From NCBI GenBank assembly GCA_038046005.1, contig JBBSXB010000001.1:32001-96000 (forward strand): a stretch of 64,000 nucleotides of DNA. The letters run 5' to 3'. A program made the position numbers and the translations under genes. How positions within the stretch are numbered: the stretch's first letter is position 1; each line of letters starts with the position of its first letter. The notes beneath the pieces were generated by a model. That model was not told where the DNA came from, searched no databases, and worked only from the letters and a program-made list of their open reading frames with translations. The stretch is from Nanobdellota archaeon (GTDB lineage: Archaea > Nanobdellota > Nanobdellia > Pacearchaeales > GW2011-AR1). Below, piece by piece: positions 17,438 to 27,019 of this stretch.

Positions 17438-19267
17438 TTATTGGTCTGTGTCTATAAATAGATTTCTGCCAAATTGATTTGGTGTTTCTTTAAAAGACCA
17501 ACCATCAGATGTTTTTATGAAGTTTTTAGAGGGGTTGTAAAACCAATCCGGACCACTGTTCCAAGTGGGAGAATTAGAAGAATTTGATGGAGCATAAGAG
17601 ATGGTAAGCATAATATCCTTTCCAGAAACAACAGGAATACTATAGTTTAAAGATAATTTTATCGGTCCGCTTGAATAGGAATTTGGCTGATTAGCAACAG
17701 CAACACCTGAATCAAGAACAGACAGGTCATCAATGTTCAATGATTGTAAATCAAAATTTGAGGCGTCTTTTAGTCTCCATTTAAAGTTTGGAAAGGTGTT
17801 ATCAGAATAATAAATATAATTTGTTACATAAACTTCTAACCCTGATAATTTTCCCGTTTTAGAAATCTTAATTTGCTGCGCGAGCTCCCTAATAGGGCCG
17901 CTGACAATCGCTCCTCCGAAAAAGTAGCCAGAAAAACTTGCAGTCGTGTCTATGTCTGGCCAAATTAAATTTCTTATTTTGTAGAAGACATAAGGATTGG
18001 CATTATTAAGTTCTTGATGATCTGAATTTATTAGAAAAGACTCTGCTAACGATGGCTGTTCTTTTGGAGACAAAAACTGTGGTTTGGCGCTGGAAACTTG
18101 AATAAAACCATCATCTTCGCCAGAAATTATTTGGCTAAAAAAACCTTCTTTATTTCCAGCAACATTTAGATATCTTGATTGGACAATTTTGCCCGAGCTA
18201 TTAAGATATTTCAAGAAATCACTTCCCTTGTAGAGATCCTTTGCACCATCGCTAAAAAGACCTCTTGATTCAAAATAAGAATCAAGAATTGATCCATTCA
18301 TCACAGCCTTAATTGAGGCAGCCCACTCTTTATCAAAAACACCGTCATGCGGGCTTCCCAGAGTTATTAAATTCCTAAATTTTTCTGGATGGTTTAGCAA
18401 AGTTTTTCTGCCAACTATTCCACCCATGCTATGTCCAATCAAATCAATTTCTATGTTTGGATTGGTTATAAGTATTTTATCCTCTAGTTTTTCGTAGAGC
18501 GTACTAGCATTTTCAGACACTTTTTTCCCCGATGGATACTGGTAAAAAAGAACACGATTGCCATATAGATTACCCATCATGCTAGAAAATGATCTAAAAA
18601 AAGCTGAATAATCCTTAAAACAGTCTGGAGAGGAGTTTAATCCGTGAACTAAAACAGCTATTGGTTCATTTGAAGAAACTATTGAACTAAAGTCCCCTTG
18701 AAGGTCAGCAGGTTGGTACAATAATGGAGAATCAAAATTGAAGTTTATTGTTACACCGGGAATTGTGGAATTTATTTTTCCAGTTAAAGAACTACTCTGA
18801 AAGTATGGAACTCTAACACTGTCTCCTTCGATTTTTCCTTCTGTAATCTGATAGGATGAATCAAGATTATTTCTGATCACAGCAAAACCAGAAGGAACAT
18901 CTGAGATTTTTGGAAATTTAAAAAATATTGTGTCTTCAAGTGATTTGTCTATAGAAAAGGTTAATGCGCCAGTTGAAGAACTTGCCAAACTATCTGGGAT
19001 TTCTAGATTATCTTTTTTTAAAGTGATGGTTGCCTCATTTGTTGAATCATTTTGCACAGAATTTGCCGGAATAAAAACAGAATAATCATCTAATTTTACT
19101 GAGTTATCTTTTGAAGCATCAATAGTTACCATTACAGAATCTTTTGGTATTAGTGGTTCTGGCTGATTTGGTTTTTTAGAACAATTAAACAAAAGTGTGC
19201 TAAGCAGCGTTGCAGTCATCAAACCTTTTCCAAACTTTCCCCTAACAAGAGATTCAAGCATTAACAA
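17438..19267 (-). CDS. Secreted lipoprotein with alpha/beta hydrolase (lipase/PGAP1-like) domain
   Basis: Lipobox-like LLFNC; VLVHGL oxyanion motif, GHSMGG nucleophile, LGSPH, DDG, and DHQ. Confidence 0.8.
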   Translation of the reverse strand: MLMLESLVRGKFGKGLMTATLLSTLLFNCSKKPNQPEPLIPKDSVMVTIDASKDNSVKLDDYSVFIPANSVQNDSTNEATITLKKDNLEIPDSLASSSTGALTFSIDKSLEDTIFFKFPKISDVPSGFAVIRNNLDSSYQITEGKIEGDSVRVPYFQSSSLTGKINSTIPGVTINFNFDSPLLYQPADLQGDFSSIVSSNEPIAVLVHGLNSSPDCFKDYSAFFRSFSSMMGNLYGNRVLFYQYPSGKKVSENASTLYEKLEDKILITNPNIEIDLIGHSMGGIVGRKTLLNHPEKFRNLITLGSPHDGVFDKEWAASIKAVMNGSILDSYFESRGLFSDGAKDLYKGSDFLKYLNSSGKIVQSRYLNVAGNKEGFFSQIISGEDDGFIQVSSAKPQFLSPKEQPSLAESFLINSDHQELNNANPYVFYKIRNLIWPDIDTTASFSGYFFGGAIVSGPIRELAQQIKISKTGKLSGLEVYVTNYIYYSDNTFPNFKWRLKDASNFDLQSLNIDDLSVLDSGVAVANQPNSYSSGPIKLSLNYSIPVVSGKDIMLTISYAPSNSSNSPTWNSGPDWFYNPSKNFIKTSDGWSFKETPNQFGRNLFIDTDQ

Positions 19268-19292
19268 TGTTAGAATTCATAGTTTTTATTTA

Positions 19293-19481
19293 TTATTGTG
19301 CAAAAAAGAGTCGCATAATTAAAGATATAATAAACCCTAGAATGCCCAAGATGATAATTCCTATCGCTGAAATTTTTGCAGTCATCTGAAATTCTTTTTT
19401 TGTAGGTTTTCTGAGGGCATGCCATACTCTTTTGCATTTTATACTAAAAGACTTTGTTTTCTCCCACAATTGTGCCATCAT
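19293..19481 (-). CDS. secE: Protein translocase SecE/Sec61-gamma
   Basis: RVWHALRKPTKKEF followed by a TM helix. Confidence 0.95.
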   Translation of the reverse strand: MMAQLWEKTKSFSIKCKRVWHALRKPTKKEFQMTAKISAIGIIILGILGFIISLIMRLFFAQ

Positions 19482-19520
19482 AAAATAAGATGGAAAGGGT
19501 TTTTAAGTGTTATTGATAAA

Positions 19521-19913
19521 TTAAGATTTTATCTGCTTTGGAAAATTTGACAATATTTCTTCTATAGAATTTTTTATTCTAGAATCCTCAAAGTCTTTGT
19601 GAATTGTTACTCTAAGCCAATTTATTTGTGCTTTATTTAGATTAGGATAACTAGCACCATGAGAAAATCTATTAAAATTATCATAAGCTTCTAAAATTAC
19701 TTCATAATATTTTGACCTATAAAATTCCCAATAATAAGCACTATTTTTTTCTCCATACACCTGTTCCACAGAAATTAAATTTTTTGGAGAAATTTGTACA
19801 GGATCTTGAAGAAACACTTTATTTTTGAAAAGTAAATAGATATTTTTTAAAGCATCAGGGGGTCTATCATACCACAGAACATCATTCAAAGTAATCACAA
19901 TCGGTTTTTCCAT
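19521..19913 (-). CDS. Orphan hypothetical protein between ftsZ and secE
   Basis: 130-aa ORF with its own TATA-like box. Confidence 0.6.
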   Translation of the reverse strand: MEKPIVITLNDVLWYDRPPDALKNIYLLFKNKVFLQDPVQISPKNLISVEQVYGEKNSAYYWEFYRSKYYEVILEAYDNFNRFSHGASYPNLNKAQINWLRVTIHKDFEDSRIKNSIEEILSNFPKQIKS

Positions 19914-19956
19914 AATGCTAAATAATTATAACATTTAAAAGAATTATTGTGGTCGA

Positions 19957-21063
19957 CTATTCTTCTTCGCCTTCAAAGAATTCTATTCCCAATTCTTCCT
20001 CAATTTCTTTGTGCTTTCTTTTTTCAAGGCTGTCTGTTGTTCCGAAAATCTGAGAACTTTTAACTCCTGTGACAATCAACAAAACTCTTATTGATTTTTC
20101 CATATCTGGAGAAATTTGAGCACCCCATATTAATTTTGCATCTGGGCTCAACTTTTCACCTATCCCGCCAATTATCGTTTTGCATTCTTCAAGACTCATG
20201 TCCGGACCGCCTATAACATTAACCAAAGCGCCAGTTGCATTAGAGATGTCAACATCTAGCAAAGGGTTTTGAATCGCTTTTTCAACAGCTTCAATAGCCC
20301 TGTTCTGGCCATCTGATTCTCCCATGCCTATAAGTGAAACCCCCCCATCAACCATTACAGCTTTTATGTCTGCAAAATCTAAGTTAACTAATCCAGTTGT
20401 TGTGACTAATTCAGTAACTCCCTTAACAGCATTGGTCAAGATTTCATCAGCGATTTTGAAAGCAGTGTGTAATGGAAGTTCTGGTGCCAATTCAAGAAGC
20501 TTGTCGTTTGGAATGACTATCAAAGTATCAACAACACCTTCAAGTCTTTCCAGTCCGTTCATTGCATTTTCTATTCTTTTCTTTCCCTCTATTGTAAAAG
20601 GAATTGTCACAACTGCTATTGTTAAAGCGCCTTGTTTTTTTGCGATACTTGCTATAAATGGAGCTGCTCCTGTTCCTGTTCCTCCGCCAAGACCGCATGT
20701 TATGAAAATCATATCTGCTCCTGCAAGTTTTTTCTTGATTTCCGATTCTGATTCTTTTGCAGCTTCTTCTCCAATTTTTGGATTACTGCCCGCCCCAAGT
20801 CCTTGCGTTAACTCCCGGCCAATTAATATTTTTTGATCAGCGCTGGCATAAAGCAAATCTTGAGCATCTGTATTAATAGCTATTAATTCTCCTCCCTTAA
20901 TTCCAATTTCTTTCATTCTGCTTAGAGAATTATTTCCTCCACCTCCAACTCCCACAATTTTTGTTCTTGCTGTTTGCTTTTTTATAAGCTCTGCTAACTC
21001 TTTATCAATTTCCCTAAGTTCTGGAGAAAGATCCGAATCATCTCCTTTAACCATATAACCCAT
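19957..21063 (-). CDS. ftsZ: Cell division protein FtsZ
   Basis: GVGGGGNN, NTDAQDL, GLGGGTGTG, NLDFAD. Confidence 0.98.
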   Translation of the reverse strand: MGYMVKGDDSDLSPELREIDKELAELIKKQTARTKIVGVGGGGNNSLSRMKEIGIKGGELIAINTDAQDLLYASADQKILIGRELTQGLGAGSNPKIGEEAAKESESEIKKKLAGADMIFITCGLGGGTGTGAAPFIASIAKKQGALTIAVVTIPFTIEGKKRIENAMNGLERLEGVVDTLIVIPNDKLLELAPELPLHTAFKIADEILTNAVKGVTELVTTTGLVNLDFADIKAVMVDGGVSLIGMGESDGQNRAIEAVEKAIQNPLLDVDISNATGALVNVIGGPDMSLEECKTIIGGIGEKLSPDAKLIWGAQISPDMEKSIRVLLIVTGVKSSQIFGTTDSLEKRKHKEIEEELGIEFFEGEEE

Positions 21064-21094
21064 TCACACAAAAAGAAATCTCAATTTATAAGTA

Positions 21095-21775
21095 TTATTG
21101 TGCTGTTTCTTCAACCTTAATCTCTTTCACTTCCTTAACTGCCAAAAGCTTTACTTCTAAATCAAGGTCAAGTATTTCCCTGTATTTGTCTTTGAAAAGA
21201 ACAATGAATTTTTCCAGTTCTGGCTCAACTTCTAAAGTTATCTTTTTTCCGTAGATGTCATATTTTATTTCTCTTCTAAACAAGAAGTCATTGAAAGCTT
21301 TTATTTTTTCGTTTAAATCTGTGACTTTCCTTAAAACCTTTACGTTGTAAACAACATGTTTTCCCGCTAAAGGATTGTTAAAATCTACAATTACCCTCCC
21401 TCCTGAAGAAGTTATTACTTTTCCAACCCGATTATCAAAGTTAAAAACAGCTCCAGGCACAGGATTAAGATTTTGTTGGATGAATATTTTTAAAGGAATA
21501 ACTTGGACAAGTTTCGTGTCTCTAGGCCCAAAAGCATTTTCAGGGTCTAATGAGATTTCATACTTTCCAATGTCTTTTCCAATTAAAAAATCCTCAACTC
21601 CCTTGAAAAACATTCCATGGCCTAACGCAAAAATGAACGGCTTTGCTTCAATTGGATTGTCATGGCCGTGATGAAGCTTCTCAAGATCTTCTTTTATGTT
21701 GGAATCAAACACTCCTCCATCTCTTAATTTTCCCGTAAATTGCACTTCAATAAAGTCATTTTTTTGGAATGGCAT
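21095..21775 (-). CDS. slyD: FKBP-type peptidyl-prolyl isomerase (archaeal long type, SlyD-like)
   Basis: PENAFGPRD, VDFNNPLAGK. Confidence 0.9.
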   Translation of the reverse strand: MPFQKNDFIEVQFTGKLRDGGVFDSNIKEDLEKLHHGHDNPIEAKPFIFALGHGMFFKGVEDFLIGKDIGKYEISLDPENAFGPRDTKLVQVIPLKIFIQQNLNPVPGAVFNFDNRVGKVITSSGGRVIVDFNNPLAGKHVVYNVKVLRKVTDLNEKIKAFNDFLFRREIKYDIYGKKITLEVEPELEKFIVLFKDKYREILDLDLEVKLLAVKEVKEIKVEETAQ

Positions 21776-21825
21776 GAAAATACCTGATTAAAAATCTTTA
21801 TAAATGTATTTTTTTTAGGTAGATT

Positions 21826-22212
21826 ATGACTTTAAGAATAATCAATGCAATAGATGCCAAGACTGGAACTAATATCATCATAGAAGGGATGGCCTATACC
21901 GTGAGAAAAATTGACATAAGCAAGACGGGAAAGCACGGAAGCTCCAAGTGCAGAATAGAAGCTGTCAGCATGATTAATGATCAAAAAAAAATAATTGCTG
22001 TTCCCGGGCATGAAAGATTTGATGTGCCGATGGTCAATAAAAACAAAGCACAAGTTCTTTCAATCGGAGACAAAGTAAGTGTCATGGATTTGGAAAATTT
22101 CGAGACTATAGAATTAGAGTGCCCTGAAGAATTAAGATCACAGATTGCAGAAAATGACAATGTTGAATATTGGGATATAAATGGGGAAAGAATAATAAAG
22201 AGGAAATTTTAA
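21826..22212 (+). CDS. eif5a: Translation factor aIF5A
   Basis: Hypusine motif SKTGKHG. Confidence 0.95.
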   Translation: MTLRIINAIDAKTGTNIIIEGMAYTVRKIDISKTGKHGSSKCRIEAVSMINDQKKIIAVPGHERFDVPMVNKNKAQVLSIGDKVSVMDLENFETIELECPEELRSQIAENDNVEYWDINGERIIKRKF

Positions 22213-22213
22213 A

Positions 22214-22501
22214 ATGATAAATCTATTAGACTTATTGAGCAGAAGAGAGGGTGATGAAAGACGAATAGAAAGAGCTAAAAGTGAAGATGGAAGCTATAAT
22301 ATTGTTGAGAATTATTTGCAAGAGGGAAGGTTACTAGGAATTATTCCAGTAGTTGTTGAAATTGAAAGAACATATTTTCCAGCAGGAAGAGTTTTTGCAG
22401 CAATAAATCTTGGACATAAAGAAAAAGTTAAAATTAAAACTAATTTTTCAAAAGAGTATAGGAAACAATTAAATAAACTAAAAAGTGTAACTAATTATTA
22501 A
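22214..22501 (+). CDS. Orphan hypothetical protein between aIF5A and L40e
   Basis: 95-aa ORF tightly coupled on both sides. Confidence 0.6.
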   Translation: MINLLDLLSRREGDERRIERAKSEDGSYNIVENYLQEGRLLGIIPVVVEIERTYFPAGRVFAAINLGHKEKVKIKTNFSKEYRKQLNKLKSVTNY

Positions 22502-22504
22502 AAC

Positions 22505-22666
22505 ATGGCAAAAATACCTGAAGCTCAGAATAGAATGTTTAAGAATGTGTTTGTATGCAAAAGCTGCCATACAAAAATTAGAGCGAACCCTCAAAAAATA
22601 CTGAAAGGCAAAGTTAAATGCAGAAAATGTAAGAAGAGAGCATTTAGGCCTTTGAAAAGAAAGTAG
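22505..22666 (+). CDS. rpl40e: 50S ribosomal protein L40e, missing from the ORF track
   Basis: Hand translation MAKIPEAQNRMFKNVFVCKSCHTKIRANPQKILKGKVKCRKCKKRAFRPLKRK. Confidence 0.9.
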   Translation: MAKIPEAQNRMFKNVFVCKSCHTKIRANPQKILKGKVKCRKCKKRAFRPLKRK

Positions 22667-22727
22667 CTAGATTAATAAACTTTCAATATTTGTTTTTATA
22701 AATTAGTTAAATAAAAAGAGGATAAAA

Positions 22728-24140
22728 ATGAGCTATATGATTTATGATCTTATTTTGTTGGGAATATTCATAATTGCAGTTGGAAGTTTTTTATACAGAA
22801 AAAGAGAAAATTTGAAGAAGGAAGGTTTGCTTTTTCTTTACAGAGCAGAGTGGGGAATAAAATTAATAAACAGCGTAGGGAACAAGTATAAAAAAACATT
22901 AAAATTTTTGAGTTACATTTCAGTGATATTAGGGTATCTGCTCACTGTAGGAATTCTTTATCTTACTTACTCTATTGTTAAAATTTATATATTGCATCCT
23001 GAAGTTGTTAGTGCTATAAAAGTCCCGCCGATAACACCATTGATTCCCTACATTGACAAGGTTGTTCCTTTCTTGCCTCCTTTTTATTTCACATACTGGA
23101 TAGTAATTTTAGCGATTGTCGCAATAAGCCACGAATTCGCACATGGAATTTTTGCAGTTTATAACAAAGTGAAGATAAAAAAAACAGGATTTGGATTTTT
23201 CCCATTTTTCTTGCCAGTATTTTTAGCCGCTTTTGTTGAGCTTGACGAAAAAGTTATGGTAAAAAAATCAAATTTTGCGCAAAGAGCGATTCTTGCTGCA
23301 GGAACATTCGCTAATGTAGTTACTGCAGTTATATTCTTTATAGTTTTAGGATTATTTTTCATGGCAGCTTTTCAGCCAGCAGGAATTACTTTTGATGATT
23401 ATTCTTATTCTGCTTTAAGTGTTTCATCAATACACTCAATTAATGGCGTCATAGTAGTCAACACTTCTGAAGAAGGTCTTCAAAAATTAATAAAAAATGC
23501 TTCTTTCAATGAGATTGAGGCAGGAGGGAAAAATTATGCCGGTATTAAAGGATTTTCAAGTGATGGGAAAACTATAGCTCTTTATGATGATTCTCCTGCA
23601 ATAAAAGCAGGATTAAATGGTGCCATAACTGAAATTAACGGACAAAAGATAATGAGTGTAGATGCTTTGTCTCAGGAATTATCCAAACATAATCCAGGAG
23701 AAAGTGTAATCATAAAAACAGAGACAAGCAATGGAACCAAGAATTATAATATTACTTTGGGACGAAATCCTGCTAATTCTGGGAAAGTTTGGTTGGGAGT
23801 TGGTTTTTTGACACAAGAAACGAAGGGATTTTTCAATAAGGTTTTTGCATCAATTTCTTCCTTTAAAAAACCTAATATATACTACAAGTCAGTAATCGGA
23901 GAATTTGGATGGTTCATATACCACTTGCTTTGGTGGCTCATACTAATAAGTTTCAGCGTCGCATTGGTTAACATGCTGCCAATAGGAATTTTCGATGGAG
24001 GAAGATTCTTTTATCTAACAATTTTAGCAGTTACTGGAAAAGAAGTTTGGGCCCGAAAAATCTTTAAGTGGGTAACTTGGCTTTTCATACTTCTGTTGAT
24101 AGTTTTAATGGTTTTTTGGGCCTTTGCAGTTATATTCTAG
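22728..24140 (+). CDS. Site-2 protease (M50) with PDZ domain
   Basis: HEFAH, AGTFAN, NMLPIGIFDGG; PDZ-like SPAIKAGL...ITEING. Confidence 0.92.
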   Translation: MSYMIYDLILLGIFIIAVGSFLYRKRENLKKEGLLFLYRAEWGIKLINSVGNKYKKTLKFLSYISVILGYLLTVGILYLTYSIVKIYILHPEVVSAIKVPPITPLIPYIDKVVPFLPPFYFTYWIVILAIVAISHEFAHGIFAVYNKVKIKKTGFGFFPFFLPVFLAAFVELDEKVMVKKSNFAQRAILAAGTFANVVTAVIFFIVLGLFFMAAFQPAGITFDDYSYSALSVSSIHSINGVIVVNTSEEGLQKLIKNASFNEIEAGGKNYAGIKGFSSDGKTIALYDDSPAIKAGLNGAITEINGQKIMSVDALSQELSKHNPGESVIIKTETSNGTKNYNITLGRNPANSGKVWLGVGFLTQETKGFFNKVFASISSFKKPNIYYKSVIGEFGWFIYHLLWWLILISFSVALVNMLPIGIFDGGRFFYLTILAVTGKEVWARKIFKWVTWLFILLLIVLMVFWAFAVIF

Positions 24141-24193
24141 AAGGTTTTTTAAACTGCAAAGAATTGTTACAACGATATAAAAAAGTGGTGAAA

Positions 24194-24505
24194 ATGGGAA
24201 AAATTTCAGAAAAACAATATACTTTTATGGTTGCAATTGTTGGGATTTTGATAGTTTTATCATTATTCTTAATCTTAAGTGACTTTATTGAATTTAGAAC
24301 AGGAAACGTTGCAAAAGACGTTCAAGGAAAAAGGGAATGTTTTGTTGGGACCTGTAATACTTATTACAGATGCGGCGAAGCCGGAAGTTTACAAAAGAAC
24401 ACATGCACAGTAAATAAAGAAAGCGGGACTTGTGATCCCATAGAACCACCAAACACATGCCAATTTGTTGAAGAAGTTTGTAACACGAAGAAAGTTATTT
24501 GTTGA
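24194..24505 (+). CDS. Small membrane-anchored Cys-rich protein
   Basis: ATG 24194 after GTGGTG; TM helix, RTGNVA, then 8 Cys. Confidence 0.6.
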   Translation: MGKISEKQYTFMVAIVGILIVLSLFLILSDFIEFRTGNVAKDVQGKRECFVGTCNTYYRCGEAGSLQKNTCTVNKESGTCDPIEPPNTCQFVEEVCNTKKVIC

Positions 24506-24805
24506 TTATCTAGAAGGAACATATTCTGCTTCCCAAAAAGAACCTTTACAGCCTTTCAAAGATAATAATTTTAAGGCATTCATTAATTCAATTTGTTTTG
24601 TATTACCAAAAGTTAATTTTTCTAAACCTCTTTCTATATCTTTTATCCTGATAATTTTTCCAGAGTGAGTTTCGACATGAGGATCACGATTACTGTCTGG
24701 ACCTAATGGAAAAACAGCAAAATACCCCTTTATTTCCAAGCCTATTATCAAACTTTCTCTTTCAGAATCACTTAAATTTTGGTAAGTATCCCAATCAATT
24801 TTCAT
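24506..24805 (-). CDS. Orphan hypothetical protein
   Basis: ATG 24805 directly after a duplicated gene-end sequence. Confidence 0.55.
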   Translation of the reverse strand: MKIDWDTYQNLSDSERESLIIGLEIKGYFAVFPLGPDSNRDPHVETHSGKIIRIKDIERGLEKLTFGNTKQIELMNALKLLSLKGCKGSFWEAEYVPSR

Positions 24806-24806
24806 T

Positions 24807-24887
24807 TCACAAATCAATAACTCCTTCTTCCGAAGTGTTTCACGGAGTAAACCTTCGCAGAAATTATAAGTCTATGACACCCTCTTT
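24807..24887 (-). repeat. Diverged duplicate of the gene 3' end flanking a 27-nt palindrome
   Basis: KEGVIDL* (24864-24887) and EEGVIDL* (24807-24830) separated by hairpin CGAAGTGTTTCACGGAGTAAACCTTCG (24831-24857). Confidence 0.75.
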
Positions 24888-25214
24888 TGTCAATGCAGCA
24901 AATCTAATTCCAACTGGAAAATTTATCAGCGCAGAAATCAAAGCCATGTGCTCTTTTCCTTCTCCAGAAGCTAAACTCAAAGCTACTTCCATGCCGCTAA
25001 TTTTTCCCTTGAGTTTTTCTGAAAATTCATCTCTAAGCTCTTTTATTTTTTTGCTAAAATCTACCTTAATAAATTCAAATGGTTTTTCATGCTTGAATTC
25101 TTTTGCAAAGTCATCTCCAAAAATAATTATCTTATCCCATTCTCCATACTTCATTAAACCAGAAACCTGCGCCCAGGTTCCCTTCCCAGTTGATAATAAA
25201 GCTACGAGTTCCAT
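24864..25214 (-). CDS. Hypothetical protein (Rossmann-like alpha/beta)
   Basis: 116-aa ORF MELVALLSTGKGTW...SGEGKEHMAL. Confidence 0.75.
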   Translation of the reverse strand: MELVALLSTGKGTWAQVSGLMKYGEWDKIIIFGDDFAKEFKHEKPFEFIKVDFSKKIKELRDEFSEKLKGKISGMEVALSLASGEGKEHMALISALINFPVGIRFAALTKEGVIDL

Positions 25215-25215
25215 T

Positions 25216-25413
25216 TTAGTCTATTTTGGCTGTTTCTGTAATAAGTTTAATTAATCTAGACTGATCTGCTTCAACTTCACCTACTGTTTTTCCATCAGCT
25301 ATTCTTTTTTGAGTTAGATGCGGTCTTGGATGGCCGTAATCTGGGTCGTTGCAGTATGCACAATTTGTTGGACAGGGAGTCCACTCTTGAGGATTATATT
25401 TTTGATTGTTCAT
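25216..25413 (-). CDS. Small hypothetical protein with CxxxCxxC
   Basis: 65 aa, coupled to the downstream gene by TAAAATG. Confidence 0.45.
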   Translation of the reverse strand: MNNQKYNPQEWTPCPTNCAYCNDPDYGHPRPHLTQKRIADGKTVGEVEADQSRLIKLITETAKID

Positions 25414-25565
25414 TTTAAAAAGACAATAGTAGGATTTTTAAGCATTATTGTGATTTTTAAATTAGTAATCTTTATAAACCGATTTTATCTCAAGATTTAG
25501 TCGTTTGAACCATATCGTCATGGGATATATTCTATGTTCATGGCGCATAATCTGGGAGACATACA

Positions 25566-26195
25566 ATGGAACTTGAAGAAGAACTAAAGAAAGCTCTGAT
25601 AGAGCTAAGGAAAGGAAAAGAAAGAAAGTTTGATCAAACAGTTGACTTAATTGTAAATTTGCAAAAATTCAACATAAAAAAAGATTCTGTAAATATTTTT
25701 GTTAACCTCCCCCACAAGATAAAAAATAAAAGAATAGCTGCTTTTTTAGAATCAAAGAATTCTGCCATAGACACAATAACACAAGATGAGTTCAAAGGTT
25801 ATAGTGATAAAAAATCTTTAAAAAAACTTGTGAAAAGATTTGATTTCTTTATTTCCCAAGCCAGTTTAATGCCAAAAGTAGCCACTGTTTTTGGAAAAGT
25901 TTTGGGACCTGCTGGAAAAATGCCTTCCCCCCAACTTGGAATAATTATGAATGTTGATCAAAAAGCCCTAGAGGAATTAAAGGAAAAAATAAACAAAAGC
26001 GTAAGAATAAAGACAAAAGAAGCAAGTATAAAAATTTCAATAGGAAAACAAAGCATGGAAGATGAAAAGATAATTGATAATATAGTTACAATTTATAATT
26101 CTCTGATAAAAGCTCTTCCTAAACAAAAAGAAAACATAAAAAATGTAGAAGTTAAATTCACGATGACTAAACCCCAGAAAATAAGAATAAAATGA
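25566..26195 (+). CDS. rpl1: 50S ribosomal protein L1
   Basis: RKFDQTVDLIVNL, GKVLGPAGKMP, KFTMTKP. Confidence 0.95.
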   Translation: MELEEELKKALIELRKGKERKFDQTVDLIVNLQKFNIKKDSVNIFVNLPHKIKNKRIAAFLESKNSAIDTITQDEFKGYSDKKSLKKLVKRFDFFISQASLMPKVATVFGKVLGPAGKMPSPQLGIIMNVDQKALEELKEKINKSVRIKTKEASIKISIGKQSMEDEKIIDNIVTIYNSLIKALPKQKENIKNVEVKFTMTKPQKIRIK

Positions 26196-27019
26196 AATCT
26201 AAAGAAACAAAAAGAAAAATTCCAAAGAAAAAAATTGCTGAAGTTGAAAGTTTGAAAAACCTTATAAAAAGCAAGAAAACAATATTGATTGCATCTATAA
26301 AAAATATTCCCGCCTCGCAATTTCAAGAGATATCCAAAAGCCTGAGAGGAAAAGCTGTGGTTAAAGTCCCAAAAAAAAATCTAATAATAAGAGCCATAGA
26401 TTCCTCTGACAAAAAAGAATTAGAAGAATTAAAAGAAAGCATAAAAGAAAATACTACAATACTATTTTCGGATCTTGATGCATTCGATCTCGCTGCTGAG
26501 CTGATAAAAAATAAGAGTTATGCTAAGGCTAAAGCCGGCCAAGAAGCGCCTGAAGACATAGAAGTCCAGGAAGGGCCGACAGAATTAATTCCCGGACCAG
26601 CTATAAGTGAACTTGGAGCTCTGGGAATACAAATCCAAATTGAAAAAGGAAAAATCCACATTAAACAATCAAAAATTATTGCAAAAAAGGGCGAGAAGAT
26701 TTCACAGCCAGCCGCTGAAGTAATGGCGAAGCTTGACATCAAACCATTTGTCATATCCTTAATCCCACTAGCTGCTTTTGATAATACCGAAAACAAAGTT
26801 TACAAAGAGATAAATATTGACCCAGAAGGAACTTTGAATGGATTGAGAAACGCTTTCACAAGATCTTTGGCATTTGCAGTAAGTATTGCATACACTTGCC
26901 AGGGCACAATAAAATTACTTATAGCAAAAGCAGGGAGAAATGAAAAGGCTATTGAAAATTTGATGGTAAAAACTGATGTTCCGCAAGTAAATTCCGAGGA
27001 GGAAATTAAAAATGAGTAA
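26192..27019 (+). CDS. rpl10: 50S ribosomal protein L10 (P0), lacking the C-terminal stalk tail
   Basis: AKAGQEAPEDIEV.EGPT..PGP.ISELGALGI. Confidence 0.95.
   Translation: MKSKETKRKIPKKKIAEVESLKNLIKSKKTILIASIKNIPASQFQEISKSLRGKAVVKVPKKNLIIRAIDSSDKKELEELKESIKENTTILFSDLDAFDLAAELIKNKSYAKAKAGQEAPEDIEVQEGPTELIPGPAISELGALGIQIQIEKGKIHIKQSKIIAKKGEKISQPAAEVMAKLDIKPFVISLIPLAAFDNTENKVYKEINIDPEGTLNGLRNAFTRSLAFAVSIAYTCQGTIKLLIAKAGRNEKAIENLMVKTDVPQVNSEEEIKNE

Noticed and set aside
24706-25254. 182-aa plus-strand ORF
   Set aside because: Antisense shadow of the better supported minus-strand genes, with no recognisable motifs.
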